In this document: positions 1 to 13,644 of the stretch, in pieces
Layout: every line of letters begins with the position of its first letter
How positions within the stretch are numbered: the first letter of the stretch is position 1
DNA from: Sphyrna mokarran
Taxonomy: Eukaryota
Assembly: GCA_024679065.1 (NCBI GenBank)
Contig: JAGIQG010000001.1
Coordinates: 106,888,001 to 106,952,000, forward strand
Reading direction: 5' to 3'
Length of the DNA stretch: 64,000 nt
Notes under the pieces: generated by a model
What the model was told of the DNA's origin: nothing
The model's input: only the letters and a program-made list of their open reading frames with translations
Database searches by the model: none
Made by a program: the position numbers and the translations under genes

Positions 1-605
1 CAAAGGGAATAAATATAACCAGGTGTACAGTTAGTGCACACAAATATAAAGTAATAAAAAAGTTAATGGAATGGCCTTTATTTCAAAGGTATTGAAGTAC
101 AAAGTGAATAAGCCACGCCTTAGTTGCATGGAAAGAGATCAAACGAAGTACAGTAATCATTACTGGGCACAGGCTTCAGGAAATACATATTAGCCTTGAA
201 GGTGATACTACACAGATTTATCAGGATGAATCTTGCGATTAAAGATTTAAATTTTGAAAGCAGATTATATACACCTGATTTGTGTCTCTATATTAAAAAG
301 ATAAAAATTAAATGATTCAAAGGATAGATATAAACTATTTCTTCTAATGAGGGAATCCAGAACAAGTAGGCACAATTTTAAAATTTAATGAGGCCATTTT
401 TCAAAGAAAGGCCAGTGGAAAATTAGAAGTCATTTACAAAAGGCTGCTGGGTCAACTGAAACGTTGAAGTCTTAGATTTAATGGTCTTTGTTAGAATAGG
501 ATATGATGGAAACAAGAAGAAAATTGAATGAGTGTCCAGACTGGTCATGATTGAATTGAAAGGTGGAACAGACTTGATGGGCTGAATAGCCTTCTCCTGG
601 CCTCT
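1..605 (+). mobile_element. Degenerate CR1/HER1-type LINE 3' fragment
   Basis: Translates to KKVNGMAFISKVLKYK (CR1 ORF2 C-terminal KANGMLAFI..GLEYK motif) and ends with the CR1 3' stem-loop region gacttgatgggctgaatagccttctcctg. Confidence 0.7.
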
Positions 606-2094
606 TCTTCCTCCTAGTCAAGTTTACTAAGCGGCTTGTTTCAATAACTTGAACTTTACAGTAAGGTGACAACACCACTTCTAATTGGGAAAAATCCAAT
701 CATCCAAGTATAAAATTATATATGCAGCAACTATACAACTTTGAACAAGTTGAGATGAAAACAATCACAAAAGACTCTTAAGCAATCTGTATATTATGTT
801 GCAACAGATTGCAATGAACATGCAGCCACTGGCAGAAGCAACTTTATTTGTACAGGTACTGGCAAAAGTGTCTCGAGTAAAGAAGTGCCCTTCAGATTTT
901 GCCAAAACAAAGAACTACTAAGGACATTTATTGATAAATGCAGATTGATAGTATAATAACAGATTCATGAAGTTAGACAGGTCTGCCGCATAGCTTTCAT
1001 AGTTCACATGCCTCGACCTCCAGCATGGCAATGAAGTGCGCTTTGAATCTTAGCTAAAGGGCTAAAGTGACAATACTAAAGACACTGGTTAGTGTGGAAT
1101 TGAAATGGAATGCAGGAATGAAAAAGCTGTGTAAAATCAATGCTTGTAATTCTTAACCATTTAATGGTCTGAATGCATCAAACATAAAAGCTCTCTTTTG
1201 GCACAAAAGCCTGACTTCAGCTGAATTCTCTTAACTTGAGGTTTCCATTTATTTATTACAATATTTAAATCTTTTTAATGTTAAAAAGATTGTATTAAAC
1301 TGAACATAATGCCCTTGAGTTCTGCTCATACATCATCCTCCAGATCAAAATTAGCAAGAAAATCAAAAAGCACAACAGTGGCCCAAGGCAGCTTTACTTT
1401 GTCTTGGAAACATTTTGTTCAGATCAACACAATGATTCTATAAATAGAGGCTGGTCTTTCCAGAAGGAAGCGCAGGGGAAGAAAAACCGGTAACGCAAAT
1501 CCCAGTCCAGGTTTAGAGTTCAGCCCTAAAATCTCTAGAGTTGGATACTTCACACAGCAAAAATATCACGACATGTCCACCCTGCAACTGCAGTTCATGG
1601 CATTTGGCACCGCGTAACTGCAGCGAGTGAAGCCATGTACACTGGCGCAAGTTGCCAGCTGGGGTTCCGGAAACAAATCTTTCATGCCACTAACCACTTG
1701 CGCAACACACCCTACCCTCCCCTTCATTTACAAAACAAATGTATTTAACAAAATACGACTCCTCTTTTTCAGCCTTCCTCTGAAGTCAAGGCTGCTAGTG
1801 TTATACTAAGCTCAACCGGTGCTTTGAAGACTGATGGCCTTGTAAAGATGGGCACAAGTTCTACTCCTATTAGGCTAAACATAGAATTCCCAATTGAAGC
1901 CTCCACCAAATTTGTAGCCATTCTGGCAGACTCCTTTCAGACTTATGGCTGGAGACCACCATAATGACGTGAAATTTTCCAAACCTTCCGTGATTTGTAA
2001 ATCAAAAATGGTTTTCACTTATTGTGCTTCAAAGTTCGCTCGGTGGCTACCGGCTGCTTCCTCTCCAGGCAACAGTCTGTGATTGAGCCAGACC

Positions 2095-2815
2095 ATTTGC
2101 AACCTTATGTCACATCAGACCCCAAGATGAACTTCTGACTTAATTTCCACACCATCAGTAAGATTGCCTGGTTTCCATCTTTATAACTTCACGCAACTTT
2201 ATTCTTGCCTCAGCTCATCTGCTGCTGAAACCCTCATTCATGTCTTTGTTACATCTAGACTTGACTGTTCTAATGTCCTCCTGGCTGGTTTCCTACATTC
2301 TACCCTCTGTAACCTTGGGGTCATCCATTGTCCATGTGTCTTAACTCACAACAAGTCCCATTTTCCTATCGCTCCTATACTTGCTGACCTACATTGGTTC
2401 CTGGTTAAAAACCAGGATTGATTTTAAAATTCTCATACATGTTTTTAAATTCCTCTGTGGCTACAATCCTCCCTATCTCTGCAATCACCTCCAGCCCCAC
2501 TACCCTCTGAGAAATGTGCACAGCTTTAATTCTGGGATCTTGAGTATCCCTAATTTTAAATGCTTCACCATTGAAGGCCTTGCCTTTTGCTGTCTAAGCC
2601 TAAAGGTCTGGAATTCCCTCCCTATACCTCTTTTCCTCTCTACCTCGATTTCTTCCTATAAGCCACTCCTTTAAGCCAACCTCTTCTTTCAGTTCTTGGT
2701 CATTTGACTTAATATCACCTAAATGGTTCAGGGTCATATTTACTCCTGTGAGGCACCTAGGGATGTTTTATTACATTTAAGGCACTATATAAAAATATTA
2801 AAGTTGTTGTTGTTT
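2095..2815 (+). mobile_element. L2-clade LINE 3' fragment
   Basis: ORFs 2164-2421 and 2381-2674 give AETLIHVFVTSRLDCSNVLLAG, LADLHW, RIDFKIL, PPYL and KVWNSLP, typical L2 ORF2 C-terminus. Ends in ggcactatataaa...gttgttgttg tail. Confidence 0.85.
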
Positions 2816-3957
2816 TAAAGTAGGAACATTTTAAGTTTAATTTAGTGGAGTAATCTGTAGGAATTTTGGAGCATTGCAGTTGTCATCATGGTGAGGTGAA
2901 GAAGGAAGTCTTTATTTTTTTGACTTCCTCCTTCCGAGTTCACTGCTTGTGATAATGGCAAAAGTGCCCCTGCTTCAACTCAAGCTTGGTGAATGGAGAT
3001 GGATACGTTCCATTGAATACAAAGAGATTAAATTGGGTTATGGCACAATTTTGCAAACTATTATTTTTGCATTTTATGACTTCACTTGAATGCAATGACT
3101 GGGCTCTCCATCTTTATATCATTCCGTGCCATACAAAACTCCAGAAGTGGGTTTGGGATGGAAATGAGGATAAAAATAACTTTTTCCTCAAGCTTCTATT
3201 AATATTATCCCAAAACAGCCTTTATATGGGTGTTCTTCTGAATGGCATTAGTGGACATGCTCGCTAATTTTCTGTCTTTTGTTCAGTAAAAGATGACTCT
3301 ACTGAACGCTGAATGTTTCAAAGGAAGTAACAAGGAGGAAATCCAAATCCATCTGACTCTGTTTGCACTAACTCAGAGACAGAAGACTATTACAATTAAA
3401 CGACAACATAAGAAACTACAACCACAATTTAACAAAACATATAAAAATCCATTATAATAGATATCAGAAATCTTTGGTAAAAGTTCTATTATTTACCCAA
3501 CATATGATTTCAGAAGGAAAATGGGTGCATCTCTAAACAAAATTAATAAAAATTAAACATGGATCCATTACCTGTGACATTTATATTTTTATACATATTA
3601 TCATAGAAAAAGTGACAATTTCCCTCATATTTATTTTAATTAACTAACATGATAAAAATTGGAATTGGATTCTATATTTCAGATTTTTTTAAAGCAGTTA
3701 TTTAAGGTCCATAGCACATTTAATCTCTTTTAAACTTGCATTCTGTAATAGGATGCTGCATTTTCAATCAATTACCATTACTTTCTGATCTCTGTGCACC
3801 AGTCGTGTTTCTAAGAACTATATGTCTTAGGAGAATCTAAGTATACAATAGAGACAAATAAATAGAAGGATATACATCATCAAACTTATAGATAGCTTCT
3901 TTCAGCTAAAGCGAGTTTACTTATTATTTTGTACCAACACACAATCTTTGCTTTTAC

Positions 3958-4081
3958 CTGTTTTTAGTCTAAAACTCTTCCCTGACATGCTGTTCTCCTC
4001 CGACGTGGATCAGAAGCACTGAAAACTGAACTGGGAAAGAGAGTTGTGAGCTCAGCCTTGCCCTTGTCTGGGCATGCGTCC
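3958..4081 (-). other. Candidate spliced exon containing a start codon (MSGKSFRLKT...)
   Basis: Acceptor ctttgcgtcctgtttgttttgacAG, donor CAG|gtaaaa. ATG at 3988 has A at -3 and an in-frame upstream TGA. Non-repetitive context. Product not recognised. Confidence 0.35.
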
Positions 4082-4926
4082 CTGTCAAAACAAACAGGAC
4101 GCAAAGATTTGCAGAGCAGCAGCATTCCACAGCATTGTTAAGGTTGAATATATTAGAAACAGAAAATTGCAAGAGAAAAAGATTCAAGTTCAAAGGTCAG
4201 GTATCGAAGTGCATTGTTGAACTGCCATTGTTTGACAAGCAGCAACTGGTCAAATAGAAAGCTGTGATTATGCATTCAGTGAGCAAAGAAATTAAGCAAA
4301 ATGATTACACCACAGAAAGCAAAGCCAGGGCTCTGACACTCCCTCACTATGTAAAATGAGACACACTTTCAACAGAATTGATAATAAAAGAGCAATCTGA
4401 TGGAAACTATATGACACAAAGGCTTGGGAGCGCCAGTGTATAGATAATATTGTATAGTACAGACATGCACACATTCCCTCCAAACCCCTCCCCCACCTAC
4501 TTCACAGACAGGCTATAGTGGCCTCTGCTCCGTGATGGTGGAGAGATCAATAAGAATCTCCTGTTGGCTGCTTTCATACAGCTCAGAATGGATAACTAGA
4601 GACCGTTCTCGCTTTCGAGCTCTTTAACTAATGATTCGCAGAACCTTCTCCAGTCACATGTCTCTGCCTCCATCTCTTGCCAACTCTCTACTCTGGATTA
4701 CTGTTGGTTCCCTAATCCCTCTTCTCTGTCATTGGAGGCTGATCTCTGAATCATTCCACACCTGTCTTCCAGTATTTCTTCAATATGCATTTCAATGTGC
4801 TAATACTTTTCACTCTTCAAATGCATTCTGGAAACCTAACCCAACGTAAATTCCTTCATTTCCCACTTGGTGTCCATTTCTCTCAAAGACATAGCTTGAT
4901 CTGAAGATCAGACTATAAACTGATAT

Positions 4927-5224
4927 CATAGAATTCTACAGAGCAGAAGGAGGCCATTCTGCCGATTGAGTTTGTACTGACCACATTCCCACCCAGGCTC
5001 TACCCCCATAATCCCATGCATTTATTCTAAATAGGCAAATTAGTGTGGCCAATCCACCTAACCCATATGTCTTTAGAATGTGGGAGGAAATCAGAGCACC
5101 CAGAGGAAACCCATGCAGACAAGGGAAGAATGTGCAAATTTCACACAGACAGCAACTCAAGCTGGAAATTGAACCCGGATCCCTGGCAGCGAGGCAGCAA
5201 TGCTAACAACTGTGCAGCTGTGCA
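4927..5224 (-). mobile_element. HE1-like V-SINE with CR1-derived tail
   Basis: tRNA-like head (gttagcattgctgcctc...gggttcaattt), V-domain (ggtttcctctgggtgctctgatttcctcccaca), tail gaatggcctccttctgc...ttctatga. Confidence 0.85.
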
Positions 5225-6614
5225 ATCCCAATACTATTTGCTGGATTTATCCTAAAGTTGATCGCAAGGGCAAAAGAGGAACAATTTCTAAACAATCTCT
5301 TCTGAAGATGAAGGCAATTGTTTTATAACTTTGAACTTACTTTGTTAAACGCTGAATTATTAATTATCTATTTAATTCTTGTTACATTGGTCTAAGTGCC
5401 TAAACAAGGCATTCAAACTACTTGAAAATGACAGGATTTTGCAGCAACATGAATGGGAAAATTACACCTTAGTAAAGTTTCAAACATTCAGCTGGTCAAA
5501 CATTTATGGGAACATCAAAGTGTGCAGTGAAAAAACAGAAAATTACATTAAAGTCACATCCTTGCTTATTGTAAATGCCTCCAAAATTGATACTTGAGTG
5601 TTAAGGAACTTTTCACCAAAATGCTCAAAGGGCTGAATAATTAGTAGCAGAGCATCACTGCAGGAACCAATGATTAGTTTTTCACAGTGCACCTATTTTT
5701 AGTACAAGTTTACTTATTGTTTTAATCCTCAAGGAACCAATCACTTAAGGTAGTAATATTTCAAATAACTTCCATCAATGTTGAGGAATGTAGGTGACGA
5801 TAAATCTGCTCCCTAAAAACACCCACCTATGGAAATCTATTTGAATGCAAGTTATCAATCACAGGACTTGTGTATGTGGGGAGATGAATATTTGTTCAAT
5901 TCTCAGCACTAACACCTTGTACTGAAACAGTGTCAGAATCAAGAACGCTTGCTGCAGGCACGCAAAACCATTTGGATCTGGAGGGCCGGATACACAGTTG
6001 TAGATAATCCAGTGAGTGGACTCCATATAATTGCACAATAATACGAGTTGTCCCCAGACCCCCAAACAAAATGCAAGAGTCCTGTGCCCACTAAAAGCAA
6101 GACAATAATGATGACAACAGCAATTTGCATTTAATTGGTGAAAATTGTCCCAAGGCACTTCGCAAGAGGTGTAGAGAAAATTAATGAAAAGCCAAAAAGC
6201 AGCAAAGAAGGATCAATCCTTGGTTAAAAGGTTGTATTTGAAGAATGAGAGTGGGGAGGTTTTCAGGAGATGCTTCCAGTTCATTCAAATGTGAATAAAC
6301 GACCGCATTTCATCCGCCTCAAGAGTATGCTAACGTAGGAGTCTAACCAGAATATATTAATGGGCTTACATCTGCCAGCATTTCATGTTAACTTTCTGCT
6401 CTATTCGCAATTAGAATCAAAAATGTAAACTTAACAAGCTGTAATTACAATCCCTGTCAGTAGGATGCAATGCAATATTAAAAACTGATTTTATGCACCA
6501 TTTCAAAGAATACATCCTATATGTTTTGTTTGCAAAACAAATATTGAAGAAGCAGTTATTTTGATGTAGTTTTAATCTGTTTTTCATGAAACATCTTCAG
6601 TGCCATCAAAGCAA

Positions 6615-6735
6615 GATACTGTAAATGCTGCAAATTGGAAATAAAAATAGAAAATGCTGGAAAAACTGAAGAAGTCATGTGTTAACTCAGTTTCTCTCTA
6701 GACAAAGTTCATCCAGCAATTTTCTGTTTTTATAT
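6615..6735. mobile_element. Degenerate fold-back PLE-derived element (family B)
   Basis: aaaaatagaaaatgctgg...ccagcaattttctgttttt inverted arms, same motifs as 31291-31438, 52565-52720 and 62090-62402. Confidence 0.55.
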
Positions 6736-6798
6736 CCTTAATGTTATTCAGTTTTTGTGTTGCATTCTCCTGAAAGATGACACTTCCTTAAATAAATT

Positions 6799-7112
6799 CC
6801 ATAGAATTCCAACAGTACAGATGGAGGTTGTTTGGCCCATTGAGCCTACATCGACAACAATCCCACCCTATCCCCGTAACCTCACATATTTTCTTTGCTA
6901 ATCCCCCTGAAACTAGAGTCAATCTATCATGGCCAATTCACCTAATCTGCACATTGTTGAATTGTGGGAGGAAACTGGAGCATCCAGAGGGAATCCATGC
7001 AGGCACGGAAAAACTGTGCAAATTCCATACAGACAGTGACCCAAGCTGAGAATCGAAATCGGGTCCTTGGTGCTGTGAGGCAGCAGTGCTAACTACTTTG
7101 CCACATAGCATC
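6799..7112 (-). mobile_element. HE1-like V-SINE with CR1-derived tail
   Basis: Same head, V-domain and tail as 4927-5224. Confidence 0.85.
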
Positions 7113-7244
7113 CAATAGGATCGATTGATTGAAAGAACAGCTTCATTAAACAGAATGATTAGTTTGTTCCAATTAATTGTTATCTCTTCTTGACTTTTCA
7201 TAGCAGAGACCCTGCTCTTTTTGTTCTGTGAAAAATCACACTGT

Positions 7245-7532
7245 TTTATTTTATTTATTAGCATCACAAGTAGGCTTATATTACAATGGAGTTACTATGA
7301 AAATCCCTGAGCTGCCACACTCCAGCACTCAGGTACACTGAGGGAGAATTTAGCATGGTCAATTCACCTAACCACCATGTCTTTCAAACTGTGGGAGGAA
7401 ACTGAAGCATCCAGAGGAAACCCAAGCAGATGGGGGAAATGTACAGACTCCACACTGACAATGTCTAAGGTGGGAATCAAACCTGAGACTCTGGTGCTGT
7501 GAGGCAGTACAGCTAACCAATGCGCCACCATA
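7245..7532 (-). mobile_element. V-SINE with HE1-like head and alternative (non-CR1) tail
   Basis: Head and core as HE1-like copies, but 3' end reads ggattttcatagtaactccattg...aagcctacttgtgatgctaataaataaa. Confidence 0.8.
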
Positions 7533-9334
7533 CAACGGCACTGAACAATAAATGCTCACTTATTTTTAAACAGCATTTATTCATTCATAACCCAAGTCCA
7601 ATAGGAAGGAATGTATGACTATCAGAAAAAGATAAATGGAAGTATTGGACAGCACAAACATTTGAACATAATAATGTTGTATTGTACGGCCAGTTTGAGC
7701 ACGTTGATAACAAGATTGAGAAGAACAACCTCTCTCACTGTGCAGAGCAAAATGGTTAACAGTAGCACAGAAAGCAAAAGTGGTATTTTTATTTATTTTA
7801 GGACTTGTAAAGTGATACATATTGCGCAGGAATATTGCAAGATCAAAGATAGGACCATAAAATTATCCAGGATGTTATTTTGTAACAAACAGTTTTCTCG
7901 AATGATAAGAAACTGTATACAATCTGTGAGGGAACGGACTTAAGCAGATTTTCTCTTTCCTTGTACGTGCCACGTTCAGGCATTTTATGATGGTAGCAAG
8001 TTCATAGGGTCAGTTGTCAGGATAAATTTTGTTTCCATATAGCAAGCAACCATGGATCAAATTCAATTTTAGTGTTGATATGGTGTTACTATTACCATTG
8101 CTTTTACTTAATGGTATTCTGAAGAGATAGTTTAGTGACCTGGAAGTTGCGGTGTAATGATGGTGAAAATGTTAATGTTCGTCATCATTAGTAAAACTGA
8201 CAGAACCTTCCAGAGTCTGCAAACACAGAGAATAACTTGGAAAGTCAGACATTGCTGAGAAGCAATGATTCACCATTGCTGAGTCACCACCAGAATGCAA
8301 TCAATGGAATTGGTGAGAACTTGCTCTTGTAGACTATTAGTCTTGCTATAGAAAACTTTGACAAACTTGCACTTTGTTGGAAGAGGCGTAACTGGGTTTT
8401 TAAATGCTAAAATGTCTTTATAATTACTCATGAACAGCCTCGCTGGCTGCAAGAGGCTTATTTTATACTTGAGGAATGTCAAATTTCTCCATTCAATTAA
8501 AAATAATGGGATTTAGTGCTTTTAACTGCCTGGTTTCTGGTCTGTGAGAATTCTTCCCTGTGATTGGCTGCTTGCTAATACCCCTATGGACAGGTGGCTG
8601 GAACGTACCAACTTTAAACCGATGCCAGGAAAAGGGAAAATAACAGCAGTGACCACTGGATTTTTGTGGACAGCTCTCTTCAAAGTCTGCAGCCAGTGCT
8701 GTTGCTTCGCCAGTCACTATAAAATCCAGGCCAATATTTAATCCATATTCAGAGATTATTGCAGTGCTGAGCAGCTATTTCTCAAGGTAAATTCAAGAGA
8801 TACAACAGAATGTGTTGAGATATATTCTTTATTCTCAGAATCTTAGTATTATATAGAGATGGAAATGAGTGTGTTCACTCAGTTGATGACAATCATGGGA
8901 AAGAGTTTCCAAACTCCTATTACCACCTTTCTTGAGGTGTTCAGGCCAGTTAGAAACTGCAGGCTCCAAGGGCCCCCACTGGGCACTTATACTGCATTAC
9001 TGTCGAAAATGTTTACATAGAAATAAGTTAACAAATGAACTCACACAAGTCATGAACTTGGCAGCATTCAGTGGTTTGGTTCTCTATAATCCATCCCCCA
9101 ATCTGTTTATTTTATCTGCATTTATTGAAGAACTTTGTGGTTATAAAATGAAATGACTTTGGTTCAAAGTAATGAGTTGCTTTGGATCAAACAAGTGTCG
9201 AGAAAGAAATCAGGGGAATCCCAAATAGGGTTAAGTGTCTGTAAAACAGCACTCATTTCATTCGACATCAAAAGGCTTGAGAAGTTCGAACTTCATCCAA
9301 GAGTGGATAATTTGGCTTGGTGTTCTAGTGGAAT

Positions 9335-9660
9335 ATCGAGAAAGTGCTACATTGTGGGAGCTGCCACTTTTCCCTTGAGACAGTAAACCGAAGTCTCACT
9401 GGCTGGTTCACGTGTATACTAAAGATCCTGTTGCAGTTTTCGTGGAATAAGAATCATTTGTGCTGACTTTCTAGTCAGTGTTCCTGCCTCAATCAACAGT
9501 ATCAAAAAAAAACTAAATTAACTACTTATCTATCTTGTGATTGGTTTGGCGTTCTTGATGCAGAATAGGCTGCTACATTTGCCAACGGTCACTTTGTGTG
9601 AGTTATAATTTATTGAAGTGTTTGGAGATATTAACATGTTAAATGCAAAATATTTATTTT
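9335..9660 (+). mobile_element. Old DeuSINE (SacSINE1-like)
   Basis: Deu-domain-like tgagacagtaaaccgaag...aaagatcctgttgcag...cctcaatcaaca...ggctgctacattt, followed by an L2-like tail. Confidence 0.55.
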
Positions 9661-10159
9661 CATTGTTGTCCCATATTAAAAACTGAGTAGAATGATTGAA
9701 ACAGAGGAATAGGGTAAAAGTTCAAGGCAAATGCTGACATGCTGGGAAAATGAAGGCATCGGTTTCAGGACAAGAGTACGAGGAGGAAATTATGGAGATG
9801 CTGACAGCAAAAGCAATATGAGGGAGAAGAATGCTATAGTGCTTAGGTGAGTTAGAAGTGGAAAATGTCAGCACTATGAGAAAGGAAGTAGGGTTTATTG
9901 GGAACACAAGGAGAGGCTGGTGTTCTAGGAGGTGATTGTGAACTGCATTATAACTGTGAGACTCTCACAGCACAATATTCAAAACAGGAATATATCCAAC
10001 AGCGGGAACAACCTCCCAAATATATATTGTTCATAAAAAGCAGGACAAATCTAACTCAGTCAAATAACACCCCATTAGCCATGAAGTGATGGAAGGAGGT
10101 TTATCAAGTTGTACCTACTCACTAATAATCTATTTATTAATACTCAATTTATGTTCTGC

Positions 10160-10275
10160 CAGGACCTCTTAGCTATAGACTTCACTGCAGCCTTGGTCAA
10201 AGCATGGACACAGGAGTGGAATTCCAGAGGCGAAGCGAGAGTGACTGGTCTTGACATCAAGTGACAAATTGGTCA
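10160..10275 (+). mobile_element. CR1-group LINE RT fragment
   Basis: TAALVKAWTQEWNSRGEARVTGLDIK, resembling the RT segment preceding LDIKAAFD. Confidence 0.55.
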
Positions 10276-11871
10276 GCTTGATTGGCACCTAACCACTGGC
10301 TTATTAACATATTTTTCCATTTCTTTCTTCCTTATGTATATATCTGCATTTCCCATAAACTCTCTCCCATTCTCCTCTTCATGTTTTTGGGTGAAGTTAC
10401 TCCTATTAGATTTATCAGTGACGATCTTGGATATTGAATCCTTGCTTTAAGTCGCCCCACTTAACCTTGTTTAAGGCTATTTATTCTTTAGGATTTGTTT
10501 TTCCAATTTGCATCACCATTTCCTTTCTCACATTGTTTGTATGTATCATTGGCATCTAACTGTGTACTGTCATCCACACAGTAATGGAATAATGCTGTCA
10601 GAAGCATTGCCTGTAACTACAGCAGTTGGCCTGGAAGATTCCCAGATTAGCCTGGCTGTCACCTACTCATTGGCTTGATAAGCACGTCACTCCAAATGGC
10701 AAAAAGTACTGCCGATTTTCTGCTTCTTCATCAAGGTAAGAAACTGGGAACAGATTCATTGGGAATCAGGAAAGAAGCTCACTGTGGAACCTAACTCCAG
10801 TTCATACATTAATTGATATGAAAAAAATCTGATTCACTTAATATTGTTTTGCTTAAAGTTGGGTTTTTAAAGAAAGCAACTTAGATGTTAAGTGAGAAAT
10901 TATTGTATTTATAGATCCTGGTTCTGATCTTCCCTGCAAATGGAAGCATCTTCTTCATATCTAACCTATTAAACCCTTCTATAAGTTCAAAGTCTCTCAC
11001 TCCTCAGCATGTTCAGTCTTTCCTGATGAGTATACGTCTGGATCCTGGCATTTTAATGAATCTATTTTGTACCATCGTCAGTGTTGGCCAACTGGTAGTG
11101 GAATTGCTACTGCTGTGCAAGTCTGCTGCTTTAGGAAGTGGTGGGACTAACATTCCCCCCCAGGCCAGTATAAAAGCAGCTTTATTTTAACATCGTCACA
11201 ACAGCACCATGTAACTTGACTTTAAGTTGACCAAAAGCCAATCGTTTTTATTGAACATCATGTAACAAAAATGCAAATGGTTTAAAGGCTGCTCAAAAAG
11301 CTTTTGTGCTGCAGAATACACATTGCAGCTTTTCAACCTTTAAACCCTGATTCATGTTGTGTATACACAGCAATCCTATGGAGGTCGCATTCCACGCACA
11401 GAGCATTCACTCCCTCCAGGAAAATAACAGGAGATTCACATCAGGTGTTTGTATATCCGTGTAACCTGACCCTCCTGTTTCTCAGGTCAGTGCGTGCATA
11501 ATCACAGTAACTAACCTCCAATGGTTCACATGCAAATATTTACTTGGTATCACTTGTAAACATAAAACAAACATAAATTGGTAGCCACAGTGGAAATTGG
11601 CTTTTGTGAAGAGCAGAGTGGCACACTGAATTAGCACACTGCCCTTCACCTCTGGCACTGACGCTTGATCTGAATCCAGCACTGATGGATGGGATGATAC
11701 CGGACTAGCCGCAAGCTTTGCCATACAAGTTACTCAAGAGTTTTTCAAATCTGTCTGTAGTGGGTTAAAGGGCTAACTAAATTGGTCCCACTGAAACATT
11801 TACTTGCAACAAGTTTGGGGGAAATCTTCCTCAGGTTGCCAGAAGGATGGCATTATTCAAATACGTGAATG

Positions 11872-12156
11872 AAGCAGCGGCACAGTGGTTAGCACTGCTG
11901 CCTCACAGCGTTAGGGACCCGGGTTCTATTCTGGCCTCAGGTGTCTGTGTCTGCATGGGTTTCCTCCGGATGCTCCAGTTTCCTCCCATAGTCCAAAGAT
12001 GTATGAGTTTGGTTGATTGGCCATGCTGAATTGCCTCCAGGGGGATTAGCAAGATAAATATGGGGGGTTACGGGGACAGATCCTGGGTGGGATTGTCTTT
12101 GATGAAGACCTGATGGACCAAATAGCTTCCTTTTGCACTGTTGGGAATCTATGAAT
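11872..12156 (+). mobile_element. HE1-like V-SINE with CR1-derived tail
   Basis: ggcacagtggttagcactgctgcctcacagcgttagggacccgggttctattc (A/B boxes), V-domain and CR1-like tail. Confidence 0.9.
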
Positions 12157-12744
12157 TATATAAGCTTGCCCACTGCCCTAGCCATTATCTATCTCTTAAG
12201 TTTTAAATTTACTTGCAGGTCAAAAAATTCTCCAACCTCCGAGGGAAGGCCCTGACCTGGGAGTGACCCAGAGGACCCTAACATGTGAACCCAGATATCA
12301 GTACATTGTAACCGCGACCCCAAAGATGTCATTGACTTACTGGCCCCTGACCCATCCATGCTGGAGTGTGATCTGGACATCTCTGATCTCCAAAGCTAAT
12401 CCATAGCCTAACAGTGATCCAGAACGACCAACCACGCAGACACATCTACTGATGCAGGAAACACAAGCAGGGAAATTAATCCTCCATCCGCGTATCGACC
12501 AGAACGAAGAACCTCACTGGACATATCTGTACCCTTAATGCTGCAAATTACTCTCCCTGCCTCCCAGGCCCAAAAACAAGCAGGAAATGTGGAAACATGC
12601 AGGCCTGCAGGTGAGAGTGAAACAACGTGGTCCCCCCTCCTCAGCTTACTCCTTGTAAATGTCTAATCTCTGGAAAACAAGCTAGACGATCTTAAAGCCA
12701 GACTCACTTTCCAAAGAGAACAGAGGGACTGCTGTGTGCTCTGT

Positions 12745-12845
12745 GGCTTGTGGGTTACTATCAAATAAACTGGTTGGACTTTAACCTGGTGTTGTGAGAC
12801 TTCTTACTGTGTTTACCCCAGTCAATGCCAGCATCTCCATATCAC
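12745..12845 (+). mobile_element. PLE (family A) 3'-terminal fragment inserted in Rex1 APE domain
   Basis: aaataaactggttggactttaacctggtgttgtgagacttctt...gcatctccatatca, flanked by 9-bp direct repeat gtgctctgt (12736-12744, 12846-12854). Confidence 0.85.
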
Positions 12846-13644
12846 GTGCTCTGTTTAACAGAGATGTAGCTTCCTCCTGCTTCACCAGACTGTGCCATAC
12901 AACTAGAGAGTTTTTCAATCCATCAAATTGACTGTATAGCAGCCTCAGGCAAGACTGGGGGAGTTGGAGTCTGCCTTCTAGTCAACACCTTGTGGTCTCT
13001 AGACATAGCTACACCGGTGAGTTTCTGTTCCCCCAGATCCAGAATACATGATGCTAAAATACCGCCCCCTACTATCTTTCATTGGAGCAGTTTATATCCC
13101 ACCCTATGTGGACATGAAGACTGCATTGGACAAAATATATACACCACCATGAATAGCATGAGACCAAACATCCTGAGGCCTTTCTCATCGTGGCTGGGGA
13201 CTTCAATCAGGTGAAGCTCAAGCATTTTATCAAGTTATCACCAAGGTATCTCCTGTCCCACCAGAGGCCCAAACACCCTAGACCACTGCTTCACAAATAT
13301 CAAACATGCCTATCGCTCTATCACCCACCCAAGGATGTGCTCCTGCTTCCCGCTTATAAGTAAAAACCAAAATGAGAGAATCCGTCAAAGAAAGTCGTGC
13401 ATTGTTGGTTTGAGGAATTGGGATGATCTTTTACGGGACTGCTTAGAGTCAGGAGACTGGTCAGTGTTTCAAAACTCTGCAGCCTGAACGAGTACACTTC
13501 TACAGTAACTGACGTCATTAGTAAGTGTGTAGAAGACAGTGCCAAAGAAGCAAATCCGTGTGTTTACCAACTGGAAACCATAGAAGAACATAGATATCCA
13601 CTACTTGCTGAAATCCAGGTCTGAGGCAGTCAAGAAAGTGAGGT

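Noticed and set aside
1450-1990. Possible non-autonomous DNA transposon (similar blocks at 29970-30630 and 44600-45060)
   Set aside because: GC-richer and repeat-like, but paired TIRs and a TSD could not be defined by eye.
11872-11940. tRNA gene
   Set aside because: A/B-box head continues into the SINE V-domain and LINE tail; a SINE, not a tRNA.
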